Assembly: GCA_951406725.2 (NCBI GenBank)
Contig: OX597820.1
Location: 93,682,001-93,746,000 of the forward strand
From: Octopus vulgaris
Lineage: Eukaryota
DNA length: 64,000 nt
Direction: 5' to 3'
The position numbers and the translations under genes were made by a program. The notes under the pieces were generated by a model that saw only the letters and a list, made by a program, of their open reading frames with translations, was not told where the DNA came from and did no database searches. This document shows positions 39,299 to 52,588 of this stretch, piece by piece. Numbering within the stretch: position 1 is the first letter of the stretch; each line of letters starts with the position of its first letter.

Positions 39299-39500
39299 TG
39301 TGTGTATGTACATATGTATGTACGTATGTATGTATGTATGTATGTATGTATGTATATGTGTGTATATGTATGTCTGCATTCATATATATTTGTACATGTG
39401 TGTCTGTGTATGTATATGTGTGTGTGTATTTATGTCTCTGTGTGTATGTGTGTATGTATGTATGTAGGTATGTGAGTGTGTGTGTATGTGTGTATATGTG
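38914..39500. repeat. Long (TATG)n array with TACA/TACG variants
   Basis: Direct inspection; it is the source of the 283/275/183-aa pseudo-ORFs. Confidence 0.97.
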
Positions 39501-39989
39501 TGTGTATTTTCCACCATCGAAATTCCATAAATGTAAAGGTAGATATGATGTGGCGTGATGTGCATGCATGATGTGAGTGTGTGCCTTACACTGGTGTATG
39601 TATAAGGTGTATTACGTGTACAGTGTGTATATGAATAGGTTAGTATGATGATTGATGTAATCTAATGTGTATATGCATCGTGCTGTGGGTATAATATGCT
39701 GTAGGTATACTGTGATGTAGTACGGTGCATATATAAGGGTCGTAGTGCAGGTAGAATAAATAGTGTTTGTTGTTTAGCCCCAAGCAGGACTAGACCTTTG
39801 ATCAAAAGCATTCCAGCCATGACCACTTCGTTTTCTGTCCCTTTTCCGAAATGCCAATTCTTTATTCTTTGAATGGTTTCAGACGTAGGACTGTGGCCAT
39901 GCTAGAGGAATATTTGGCTACTGTTTCTACCATGTGTATGTACGATGAGTTGAGTGAATGTATGGCATGGTGTGCTATGCATTCTGTAT

Positions 39990-40033
<44 letters not shown>

Positions 40034-40248
40034 TTTGGGTATTTTCGTGATACCATCAAATATATCGTAGTTTAAGTGAAACTATAAACATTTCTCAGTC
40101 AACAAACATTTATTTAGATATAGAATTCTGTCTCGATTATTCCACACTACAAGACCGAGATTAGATTTTGGTTCGTGTTGCAATGTCAAGATTGGAAGCG
40201 AAGAAATCAATGCCTTTCTTGTCTCCACTGTTGACCAGTCACACCACC

Positions 40249-40280
<32 letters not shown>

Positions 40281-40434
40281 CAACCACACTACTACTACTA
40301 CTACTACTACTACTACAAACGCCACCAGAGCAGTATCGAGCTTCTTGACTTAGTTTAACAAGTGGTACAGTATAGAATTTGATCTACCGTTGAAACCTCA
40401 TCTTGTATATGGAATACATGAGCTCTACATATGT

Positions 40435-40918
40435 TCAAGCTTCTGTCTACTAATGGGTCCCATGGACCCATTTTCATTTTTTTTAGTTGTTTTTTTTTCT
40501 ACTGTTTATATTATTTGATTCTGCTAATTTCTCATGACTTATTTTTTTGTTGACTCCCTTATTTATCAAATGGGAAATTTTCCGTATGTTTATAAAATCT
40601 AGAAAATTTCACTTTATACATTAATTCCCGTATGGGTCCATTGGACCCTCGAATTAAATTTAGACAATACTCTTGTCATTTTAAACAGAATAAAAGCACT
40701 ATCAAATATCATTTTCCTAGATATTTATCAGATATAAAATAGATAAAATTGTATTCAATTTATTTGCTGAATTTTAGATGAAATAAGAAAAATTATGAAA
40801 ATATTCTTGTGAATTTATGTTATATTGCATCGCCTTCAATCTGCTAGGTTATAGGGTGATGCAATATTTCTATGTCATGATGCAATTCTGACAATATATT
40901 GTATCATCTTTCAGGAGA

Positions 40919-40957
<39 letters not shown>

Positions 40958-41509
40958 TTTAGTCTGCAATCAAGTTTTATATAGCTCAGTTGTGATTTCC
41001 AGTATGCCTAGACGTGAAAACTTGAGTGAAGACCAAATATCTAAAAGGTTATTAGAATTAGATGAAGAATGAGAAGAAGATAGTAGTGATTCCTTCTATT
41101 GCTCTGAAGATGATAGTGAAAGTGATTGTGTGCTGGACAGTTTAGGTTCTGTATCATCAGAAGATGAAGATACCGAAAAACAATTATCTGCAAGCAACCA
41201 AATTATGAATGAGCAATATGTTTCTAGAGGCAGACAAGAAGTTTGGCATTCTAATCCTCTTACTCAAGCAGCAGTAAGAACTTCATCTTGCAATACTGTG
41301 CGCCAAGAATGTGAACCATCCCGTTTTGCTAAAAGGTCTTGCGATAGCAATGAAACATGTTTCACTATCTTTTCTTGAAGTAATTCGAAAATGGACAAAT
41401 ATTGAAGGTCTGGTTGTTTACAAAGATAAATGGAAGGAAATTGATCACTCTGAACTAAAGAAATTTATTGAACTGATTCTTATAATTCTTATATAATCTT
41501 ATAAACATG

Positions 41510-41581
<72 letters not shown>

Positions 41582-41680
41582 GTGGTGTGATAAGTGTTTA
41601 TAAATCCAAACATGAAAATGTCAGACAGTCATGGAGTCAAGAAGATGACCGCCCAATATTCAAAAAAATTATGAGCCGGG
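40435..41680 (+). mobile_element. piggyBac element, 5' portion only
   Basis: Subterminal palindromes gggtcccatggaccc (~40455) and gggtccattggaccc (~40634) upstream of the transposase remnant; the 3' part is lost at a SINE junction. The left end is approximate. Confidence 0.7.
41004..41680 (+). pseudogene. piggyBac (PGBD4-like, DDE_Tnp_1_7) transposase pseudogene
   Basis: ATG at 41004 gives MPRRENLSEDQI and an acidic N-terminus; in-frame TGA at 41070; frameshift near 41375; then LEVIRKWTNIEG..YKDKWKEIDHSELKKFI.LILI[insert]VYKSKHENVRQSWSQEDDRPIFKKIMSR, typical piggyBac motifs. Confidence 0.9.
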
Positions 41681-41816
41681 GTACTATTTTATCGACCCCG
41701 AAAGGATGAAAGGCAAAGTCGACCTCGGCGGAATTTGAACTCAGAACGTAACGGCAGACGAAATATCGCTAAGTATTTCGCCCGACGTGTTAACGATACT
41801 GCCAGCTCGCCACTTT
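41681..41816 (-). mobile_element. SINE family A 5' half
   Basis: ttatcgaccccgaaaggatgaaaggcaaagtcgacctcggcggaatttgaactcagaacg. Confidence 0.9.
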
Positions 41817-42543
41817 TTATAATAATAATAATGCACACACAAACACGTATACAATACACACACACACACACACATACACACACACAAACACACACATACA
41901 CACACACATATATGCACAAATGTGGAAAACTTCAAAGAGCCAACCAGTCAAACAAGGGGTGATGTAGAAAACAAAGGAAGGGAAGATTATATTTACTATT
42001 GTGGTTTTTATGTTGTTAGAGTGAGACCTTAATATTATATGTAATTAATAGCAGTTTAACATTTCAGGCTTCTAATTAATAACAGAAAGTAAAAGCAGGG
42101 TCATGCTTATAGCTACATAGGTAAAGAGACAAAAACAAATACGTGTCTATATGCGTGGGTGTTTGTGTACACATACACAATCACACCACACTGCAAACAC
42201 ACACATGTATATAATTTGGTAACCAAAATTGCTAATAAATCATAATATATGTCTGAATCGTAATATATGTCAGCTATTTTAACCATAGAGACAGATGTTT
42301 AATTTGCCTTTGTTGAAACTGGCAATTTAAACCAGTTTTGGCTTGAATGACCAAGTTAAATTATCTATACTCAGTTTCAGTATTGGGTATTTTTCCCCAT
42401 TCATTATCATTAATATGTTTACACACACACATGCATAGCTTTAACGACCTTAACACTCTCTAAGATTACCGAAATAGTAATTCTTGATCGAGCAGACCTA
42501 TGGAATTGAAGCCATACGCATTACACCTGTTGCATGTATAGGA

Positions 42544-42875
42544 GTAGGAGGAGACCATGAATGACCATGGGATTGCACCTAGAAAGTTACCCTCCGAAGC
42601 ACAAGTCAGGGTAAGATTGTTTGTGGAAGGCTAGCAGTTGCCCATGCATACCATCCTCCCCTGTCCACACCACTGATGTTATCCAAGGTAAAGGCAAAGG
42701 CCGATACAGCTTGGCACCAGTGATGTCGCAACTCATTTTTACAGATGAGTTGGCTGGAGCAACGTGAAATAAAGCGTCTTGCTTAAGAACAAAACACACT
42801 GCCCGGTCCGAGAATCGAACTCACAACGTCACGATCGTAAGCTCTACGCTCTAACCACTAAGCCATGCGCCTTCA
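42544..42875 (-). mobile_element. tRNA-derived SINE, full length (family C-like head, different tail)
   Basis: 17-bp TSD ctgttgcatgtatagga (42527-42543 / 42876-42892); A box tggcttagtggtt and B box agttcgattc. Confidence 0.95.
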
Positions 42876-43405
42876 CTGTTGCATGTATAGGACTACATCA
42901 TCTCGGTCTATCACTCTTCATTGGGCTGCTGTATCTAGAGAGTGCAACGAAGACATAGCAGCTCATTTTAATGGACACTAGCGCCACCAGTAAACTTATA
43001 GCAACCAAGAATTGAAACTGCGTACGCCGGCTATATGGCGCTACCTGATTGCATTTACCATCTAAACTGTTTCATATTTGCGTGGAGGTTGTCGTGGAAA
43101 GAAAAAAATAAATTACTATTCAACGAACGCAAAATATAAGATTATTTTCTTAAATAAGTACTGTGTAGAGGCGAAACCTTGATAGTGAAATTTTGATAAA
43201 ACTTCTTTCTTGGGATAGAGAAACTTTGTGATTAGCATGGTAATAATTCGCAAGCTGTTGTCCTGAAGAGCTAAATATACAAGTTGTCTCCCATGTTTGT
43301 CGAGATAAAAGCAATATGATCAAATAATATTATGCATTATTATGCTTAGTACTTTTAATCTCACGCTTGATCGACCCATCCACCCATCATCCATTATCTA
43401 TCCAC

Positions 43406-43454
<49 letters not shown>

Positions 43455-44568
43455 GCTTTTCCTTACTTAACTGTTTAATAATTAAGTCCGAGACAGTAAA
43501 TATACAATTAAGTACAAACGAACATGATGTACTGATTCAAGAATACTTTTTACTCATATGAAATAATATGTAATAAGTTTATTCCTTAGCGGTAATGAAG
43601 ATCTTTTTCAAAAAGAACAAGGGAGAAAACTAAGAAATTTAAATTGACTAAAAATTATATGGAGATATATATAGATAGGTGGAAATGAGCTTCATCTTGG
43701 TAGCTTTGGCAATAACTTCGCACATGCTCCAGTTTTATTGCACCTCTTTAACAAAACACGCAACTACCGAAACACTGATTAGGTAATTACGGTGCATTTC
43801 TTAGAAGCAGTTCGTATGTGAACTTCGTTTCTCTGGATTCGAAACACGTACATAGATTTAACTTGCTAGTTGCATACCGGTTTCACACGCAACACAGTAT
43901 TCGCTACACAACATACCATTGATTAACACGCGCGCGCGCACTCAGTCAGACGAAACAAGTGAGAGAGAGAGAGTGCCGCTACATGGTCGCACGACATGCT
44001 AGAAACAGTAGCCATATTCTCACTCATATTACGCTCTACTGATTAAATAAAAGCAAAAGAACGCATTAAGATTAGGTAGTCATCCAAAAATCGCGATGGT
44101 CACTACTGGAATATTTTCGATTATTTGTGTATTCCAAGAAGAAGGTGAACAACAATAACAAAATAAGGAAAGAATTTGATTACCCAAATTGGACACGAAA
44201 ACAAAAGAAACAAAACAAAATAAACAAGTAAATAGTGTGCTCGTGGAGAAGGGAGATTGACGGGGTAGGGCTGGATTAATTAGGGTTGAGGTGATCAAGG
44301 TTTTTATATAATTGGAAAAGCCCCTCCCCAACACATTCATGCATGCTTGTAAGGCTGTATATATATATATATATATGTTTGTATGTATGTGTGTATGCAT
44401 GTGTGTATGTATGAATGTGTGTACGTAAGTACACAGATACACACATACATGCTTACATGCAAACACACAAAATACACACACATATACACACACGTTCTGA
44501 GTTTGACATTTAGGATGTATAGAGACACGTGGCATTTAAATGCAGCCAACGATATCGACAGATAACCG

Positions 44569-44615
<47 letters not shown>

Positions 44616-45496
44616 AGAGAGAGAGAGAGAGAGTAAGAGAGAGAGAGTAAGAGAGAGAGAGAGAGAGCTCTCATAAAAACATACTCATACATGTATTTTT
44701 ATATTATAATTTTTATACTACAGACGTACGTAATCCATGCTAGAAAGGGAAAGCAGACATAAGATTATGTATGTATGTATGTATGTATGTATGTATGTAT
44801 GTATGTATGTATGTATGTATGTATGTATGTATATGTGTGTGTGTATGTATATATGTATATGTATATGTATATATATATATATAATATGCATGTGTTTGTG
44901 TATATAACATTATGCATATGCTCACACATATATACATACACACAATATATTTCTATGTCTGTGTCTCTCTACATACATACATACATACATACATACATAC
45001 ATACATACATACATACATACATACATGCATACATACATATATACTTGCATGCATACAAGTATACATGGATACATACACAGACACACGCATGTGTATATGT
45101 ATGTATGAAGTTTCAACCATTCTTGTTAAAAAAAAACACCCACCCCCAAAACAAGACCACCCCCTCTCTCTCCCTCTAATAAATATCTATTAGTAGTTGG
45201 TATGTGTTAAAAACAGATTTGTATGAAGCATACTATTCGACTAATTAAGCTTCTCTGACCTTTTAAATACAAAACTTTTACTTCACTAGAATGGCAGGGC
45301 GGATGTAACGCAAAATCTGGCAAAATTTAAATTACAAAATGTTGCTCAAAGTGAATCATTGATTTTTGAAGTATCACATAATTAAATACTGTTGTATTTA
45401 AATAGGCATATTTGGTAATGCAGTTACAGGTGGTTTTACATGGATAGATGATCCTCCTATTACTAACCGATGGTTAGGAACATGAAGTGCCTATAT

Positions 45497-45834
45497 CAGT
45501 GGTTCTCAACTGGGGTCTGTATTCCTCCTGAGGGTCTATATTAAGTTTTTGGGGGTTCACGCAACAAAATAGTGAACTTGGGATCCACAATTGTATTTTA
45601 AGGGCTCCTGAAAAATTTTGCTTTAGATGTATGTATTGCAAGAAACAGTTAGGTTCTTTCCTAAATGTTTTACATAGTTCAACCTACATAAGTTAATGTG
45701 TGGAAAACAAAATAGGTATTTTGAAAGAAGTTTCTATAAAACTAGTTTCTAAACACAGAATGGCTTTGGTGCTCCACTAGAATAAAATAGTTTTCAAAGG
45801 GGTCCGTAGATAAAAAAATGATTGAGAACTCCTG
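45497..45834. mobile_element. hAT (Charlie-like) MITE
   Basis: TIRs cagtggttctcaa / ttgagaactcctg; 8-bp TSD gcctatat / gtctatat. Confidence 0.88.
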
Positions 45835-47112
45835 GTCTATATTTTGAATGTGCTAGACATGTCCTAGGTATGGTTTTAACTGTATCTAATAGTGGGGCTC
45901 TGGTTCGGATGTTCCAGAGTTTTGAAAAGTGTGGAACTATCTCTTAGCTGTTATTGTTCCCAGGTCTATTCTGATCTGGTGTAGTAATACCCGTCAGTGT
46001 CCTTGCGATAGGTTAAATTGCATGTTTATAACCGATCGAGCCAAGGAACGTTGAAATCATGGGATACAACATAGTGGATGTGAACTTTTTTCGGCAGATG
46101 AACTTATTGAGTCAATGGTAGATATCTCTAGATGCTGAGCGGATGAACAGACAAGAAACTGTCAACTACTAGGATCAACCAATTCAATCAGGGAACTACT
46201 TCTATCATCTGTAGTTGTAGCATGCACAGATGAAATATTTCAGCAAGCGAAACATTAATGCGACAATAATCCAGGTCAAGACATTCATGCTGCATTGCTC
46301 GATCGGGACATTTATTTGTGGAAAAGTTGTATTGCCCGACAGGACTAGGATAAGGTGTGCGCTATAAGTCTATCATAGATGCTAAATTCATCTTAAATAT
46401 TAAACTCACTCAGAAATATAATCTTGGATCGTAACGAGAAACTTTTACTTTTGTTTCTTGTAATGAAAATATTATGGCAATTGCTCTGAGATAGCACTAA
46501 AGTCATCGCCATCCCGTAAATTGTATAACGATACACCGCTGGGCATAGTGTACAATGATAATAGGAGGATGACAAATAAAGGCCCAAAGATAAAAGGCAA
46601 TTTCACCAGTAAATGACCGTGTTCGTGAAGTTGTATGTTATAAATTGGGTGACAATTCATTAGCCAAAACTGATTCACTTTATAATAATTCTGTTGTACT
46701 ACACGTACAACACCAACTTTCAGGACAGTGATAGTCCGGAACTTCCCATAATCCCCACTAATTTACGAGCAAGTACCTCAAATTCCCGCGGTCGCTAAAC
46801 TATCTTGCTGGTATCTTGCACAGTAAAGTATTAATAAACTTGAATCATGTACCAAAGTAAATTAAATATTTATTTAATTTAGAATGTGATCACCTCTGGT
46901 TCGGAAAAATCAGTAACTCGGAATGGCTTTGGAAAGGTCCCTGAAAATCGATGGTGTACCTGTAGTATCACGTTATAATCTGGTTGTAATTTATTTTTCA
47001 AATCTGAAAAATACATTCTAAGAAAGTAAGTGAGGCTGAAGTTGTATCCTGACCAGAAAAAAGTTAGCGGCTGCATGTTTATTTTTATTTTGATAATACA
47101 TATACTATATAT

Positions 47113-47361
47113 GTGGAGGCGCATGACTTAGTGGTTAGGGTGTCAGCATCATGATCGTAAGATTGTAGTTTCAATTCCTGGACCGGGCGACGCATTGTGT
47201 TCTTGAGCAAAACACTTCATTTCACGTTGCTCCAGTCCACTCAGCTGGCAAAATTGAGTAACGCTGCGATGGACTGGCGTCCCGTCCAGCTGGGGAACAC
47301 ATACGCCATGGAAACCGGGCCCATGTGCCTGGCTAGACTTTAAAAGGGCGCATTTATTATT
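47113..47361 (+). mobile_element. SINE family C, full length
   Basis: TSD tatactatatat (47101-47112 / 47362-47373); A/B boxes. Confidence 0.95.
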
Positions 47362-47363
47362 TA

Positions 47364-47412
<49 letters not shown>

Positions 47413-47416
47413 ACAT

Positions 47417-47690
47417 AGTGGACTTGGTAGACGGAAACTGAAAGAAGCTCGTCATGTATATATATGTATATATCTATGTGTGTGTGTCTTTGTGTCTGTG
47501 TTTGTCCCTCACCATCGCTTGACAACCAGTGTTGGTGTGTTTACGTCCCCGTAACTTGGTTCAGCACAAGACACCATTAGAGTAAGACTAGGCTTTTTAA
47601 AAAATGTCCTGGGGTTTGTTTTGTTCGTCTAAAAACCTTCAAGGTGGTGCCTCAGTACGGCTGCGGTCAAATGACAAACAAATAAAAGAA
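47417..47690 (+). mobile_element. SINE family D 3' part
   Basis: gtggacttggtagacggaaactgaaagaagc...tttacgtccccgtaactt...gcggtcaaatgac. Confidence 0.85.
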
Positions 47691-48162
47691 TAAAAAGACA
47701 TACCGTCAGCTGAAATTCTATCAGGTTACTAAAAACGAAATTTAGCACACATACATACACGTATGCATGTATGTATATATGTATGTGCAGGAGAGCGTTA
47801 GTAGGTGTGAATGTATGACAAAGAGATAAAGACAGATAAACCTCCCACTTCAAACCATAACAATAGATTAATTATATAAAAAAGACAAAAAAAATTAATG
47901 TAATTATCCTGATTGTATATTATGGAATGTAGTTATTATTACTTGATGAAACTATTTACTTACGAATGCAAATATTCTTCAAATTATATTTCCACAAACA
48001 TCAGGACAGATGGAAAAAGTTATGTGGGTTTTAGTAAGACAGAGTAAAAGTTTAGTTTTCAATGAATGTAGGTGGGATCTCAACACTTGAAGAGACAAAT
48101 ATAATGTTGGCAGATACCTAGTGGTTGTTTATCCGCAGGTCAGGTGTAACTGAGCAAACCAA

Positions 48163-48342
48163 CATCGTATTTTGGGATATAGCTGTCTACGTAGTATATA
48201 GTGCAAACATGTAGTTAAGCATTCAAATATTGTCACTATTTTTTCGATTTCTGTTAAATGAAATTTTTGGGTCTCCAAGATTCCTTTTTTGGTTGTAAAT
48301 TTGGGTCAGAAAAATTCAACTTGTATGCCAGAAAATATGGTA
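48163..48342. mobile_element. pogo/Tigger-like MITE, degenerate
   Basis: Right end caacttgtatgccagaaaatatggta resembles ..acttatac..gaaaatacggta TIRs; weak left end catcgtattttggg. Confidence 0.35.
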
Positions 48343-48907
48343 ATCAAAGTTATTTAAACTGTGAACATTTCATCGTTTTCTCCGGTATTGTGTATCTAAG
48401 ACTACACTAATTCGTTCTGAAGCAAATTTGGCTCATAGTATTAGCAGGTGAAGAGAATTAATAAAAGTCTTCTGTGCGAGTGACCTCACTGAGGTTGTAT
48501 CGTTCCTCAATCTGATCATATCGAGGTACACTTATTGGTTCAAGTGATCGCATTAAGGCCAACTTGTTGGGTCAAGTGAATACATAATGAATGACTTTTC
48601 TAGTCGGCTCAAGTGATCACACAGTAGGTTCTTCAAATGAGTTGTTGAGGCTCAGTAAGAGAGGTTTGTGTATATATTTAGACAAACATACTGATACTGT
48701 GAATTGAGTAGAGAAGTAAGATAACGTTACTTCTAATGTAAATCTAAATGGACAGATAGTTATTGATAGTTTTGCATACATCTTGAATAAGCAGACAGAT
48801 TATTGCAGACGTGAAGTGTTTATGAAATGTGTTCTGTTCAAGAGACTAAATCAGATCGCATGTAAGCCATCAGTGGGTACTAATGTGTTATATCTGAAAA
48901 TTACAGA

Positions 48908-48985
<78 letters not shown>

Positions 48986-49457
48986 TTGTGGTTGTTAGTA
49001 AATATTAAGTTTATAGCTAACAATACAGAATAGTAGGTTGTTAGCAGCAAAATGCTGTGTCTGTTTCTCGAGTTAGAAATTAGGGTTAGGGTTTACGTCT
49101 AGTGACATAAACCGAATCTAGATTAGTTGTCAAACGTATTAAGTCTACTCTCTCCTTAAAGCTTCGGTAAGCATCTGATCATTCTCTCAACTTCCAATGT
49201 AAAATGTTACCTAACTACAATGGGTGTATTATTTCGCTGGTCACATCCAGGTTAAGTGTTTTTACATGCTTTTACAGTTATCATCAGATTTAAACTTTCT
49301 GTGTAATTCTTTTTATTTAAACAAAGCAGAAAAAAAAAACAGAATCGGCTCTTTTAGATTTTAAAATTAAATTATTCCTCATTGTTACTATTAAATTATC
49401 TTCGGTGCCCTCTGTTAAGGTTTACGCCCGATCTTGAGAACCATCGAGGTAAATAAA

Positions 49458-49656
49458 TTCTTTCTACTATAGGTACAAAGCCTGAGATGTTGTAGGAGGC
49501 GGGGCCTGTCGATTACACTGTCTCCAATGCTCAGCTGAACTTATTTTATCGACCCCAAAGTGAAGAAAGGTAAAATCGACTCAGAACGTAAAGACGGACG
49601 AAATGTCACGAAGCATTTTGTCCAGTGAGTTAACGATTTTGCCAGCTCGGCACCTT
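49458..49656 (-). mobile_element. SINE family A
   Basis: Tail ttctttctactataggtacaaagcctg through to gccagctcggcacctt. Confidence 0.85.
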
Positions 49657-50846
49657 ACGCCGATGTAAATAAATGTTTTTTTTTTTTCTTGGTGAGTATA
49701 AATTTTGTTTACGAGTTGCAGGTTTATCAACCTTGAAAATTAGTTGATAGAGTAAACATTATTGGATTCGACTAATTCAGTTATATTTAAGTAGTTACTG
49801 GTCTTAACTAATGAAGTACATTCTCGAGAGTCCATGTAATAATGATCAATGAAGTTTATTTCACAAACTAAAAATATCATAGATTCAGCTCTCTGGAGCG
49901 ATACACAATCTTATGAACCGTGTGTGAATAGAAGGGAAGTCAAAATCAAATCCACCGATGCATTACATTTCTTACAAGAATCAAATTCGCTTCGATTCAC
50001 GTGTGAGCATTCATATCGTTTCACATCAATAATCATTTTAACAAATCACAATCGTAAACGATTACATATTAGTCAATTTATTCGTTAGTAATTCATATAC
50101 TAAATTTTCAAAGATATTTATTACACGGTCATAGTATACATATTTATCGAAATAATTAAACACCAAAATGTAGATGGTTAATTTAGAAACATCGGTTCTT
50201 ATCTGTTTGGTGGACAGGAAGTAATTTATCGTCATAAATTGCAAATTGGCTGCTTGTCTTCAAGCTGTCGTCTACTAATTGAAAGATTAGCATGATGTCG
50301 TTTGTTAATTACATACAAATCTAAAGATAATCGAAGTTTGTGGTATCTTAATAATTTACTGCGAGGTACGGCAAAGGCAGTACCCATAATTCTGGACTGG
50401 GAAAATTTTATAAATTTGATGTTTGATTAAAAGTTTTGCGAATCAGTACACGAAGGGAGACATCTAGAGCAGAGCAGAGAGAGAAGAGAGAGAGAGAGAG
50501 AGAAGATGTGGGTGGGTGGGTGGTGGAAGAATTCTGGGAAAGACAGAATCGAGTAGTTGCTGCGGATTTCAAAAGAGATGGGGGGATACTAAAACGAATG
50601 AGTTTATGTTGATTTGGTATATAATTACATAAACGACAAATTCTTTGGAATAAAAACCGTTGTAGTAGCGATCAAAGGGACTATGAAGCACATGTCGTGA
50701 AGAAGGGCGTAATAAAATAAACATTATTAGCAACTATAATTTGCTTGTTATGTACACAGAGATAGTAGAACATGAGTCCTCATCTTAGTTGTTAAAGATA
50801 GTTATATTTAATCGGCTGTTGTAACTTCCAGCCTTCTTCGAATATC

Positions 50847-51241
50847 CTTTTCTACTCTAGGCACAAGGCCCGAAATTTTGGGGGAGTGGGCCAGTCGATT
50901 AGATCGACCCCAGTACGCAGCTGGTACTTAATTTATCGACCCTGAAAGGATGAATGGCAAAGTCGACCTCGGCGGAATCTGAACTCAGAACGTAAATACA
51001 GACGAAATGCCTACTTCTTTATTGCCCGCAATATCATAGAGGGGACAAACAAGGACAGACAAAGGGATTAAATAGATTACATCGACCCCAGTGCGTAACT
51101 GGTACTTAAGTTATCGACTCCGAAAGGATGAAAGGCAACGTCGACCTCGGCGGAATTTGAACTCAGAACGTGAACGGCAGACGAAATACGGCTACGCATT
51201 TCGCCCGGTGTGCTAACGTTTCTGCCAGCTCGCCTCCTACT
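50847..51241 (-). mobile_element. Dimeric family A SINE (two cores, two different tails)
   Basis: A single 13-bp TSD ttcttcgaatatc (50834-50846 / 51242-51254) flanks both cores. Confidence 0.9.
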
Positions 51242-52588
51242 TTCTTCGAATATCTATCGTACTCGGGTCCTTTTACTGGAATTCTAAGAGCTCCTTTCAT
51301 TCAGTACGTGGAGTTTTGATTGGTTACATTCTGCTGCTTGTGAATGGAATATTTTTGTACTATTTATTCTTATACATGTAATGTATCTTGCTCATTCCGC
51401 TTGAAACTGATGTTTATACTGATTGACAGATCCAGAGATTGATCTCACGCACGATATCTAGAAGTAGGAATGGAGAATTCTGAGAAGGTTTGCACCAACT
51501 ACTCTGTGTAGTTGGTGCAAATTCTTGAAAGTGAAACACCGGTAATGTGTCACTCGACAGATTATCAATGATAATGTGAATGAACTGGTTTATATAGAAA
51601 ATGTGTTGATTAATATTGCCATTAACCAGGTGGGCGTGTGTTCAATTCCTGGGCTAAGTAATTTATACAAATCTTGGGTATGAGCAGAACGTTTAATTTT
51701 TATTCTATGAAATATATTTGTTTTATTTTATTTTTTATTGATAAACCTCTCTCTCCATCATCATCATCAGCATCATCTCTCTCTCTCTCTTTCTATTGAT
51801 ATTTCTTTTTTTCTTTTTAAATGTCTGTCATCTTCTTTTACAAATTTGATACCACTTGAAATATGTTTGAGACATATACGAACCTGTAAGAAAACCATTC
51901 ACTGTCATGGAGAAAATTTTTCATTGTAGACAAATGGGTATAAACACACCGAGTCAGCTCACAGCATTTCCTAACCAGACTGTTAGATGCATGCAATTCG
52001 GAGTAGTTAACTCCTGTTCAGAAAAAGAGACTGTAAAGGCAGACGCTGTGAACTGACACGAGAGACAAGTGCTTCTTTTGCTTTTGTCGTCATCGTCTAA
52101 TGACTGGTTGCGCTATATAGGAGCTTCCCGTAAGTAAAATACAGATTAACAGCTCTAAGCAGTGATATGTGTAAAACCAAACTTGTTGCTAGTTCAAATA
52201 TGACTGAAACTTATTCAAACCCACGAGTGAGACACTCACTGTATTTATCATGGAGAAAATTTCTCGCTGTAGACTAAATAGATGTAAACACACCGAGTCA
52301 GCTCACAGCGACCTTCTGTCTGTCTCCTTTTCTTACTTCATTCAACATCATTTGGTTACTTGGCCTATTTGTCTACCTCACTCTGCTCCTCATCTTCAGA
52401 CACACATAATCTCTCTCTCTCTTTCTCTGTCTCTCTTTCTCTCTGTGTCTCAGCCTTCATTTCTCTCCACTTTCTGTTAATGACTTTTAATTAAATTATG
52501 TAAAAATAGCAATGTGCCTCTCGTTTTGACTATACCGAGAAAAGTATCCACTTGATACAACAAACGCCTCCAACCATGATTCACACGC

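Noticed and set aside
38718-39569. Longest ORFs (283, 275 and 183 aa)
   Set aside because: Read-through of (TATG)n giving YIHT/MYVC repeats; open in several frames on both strands, with no domain.
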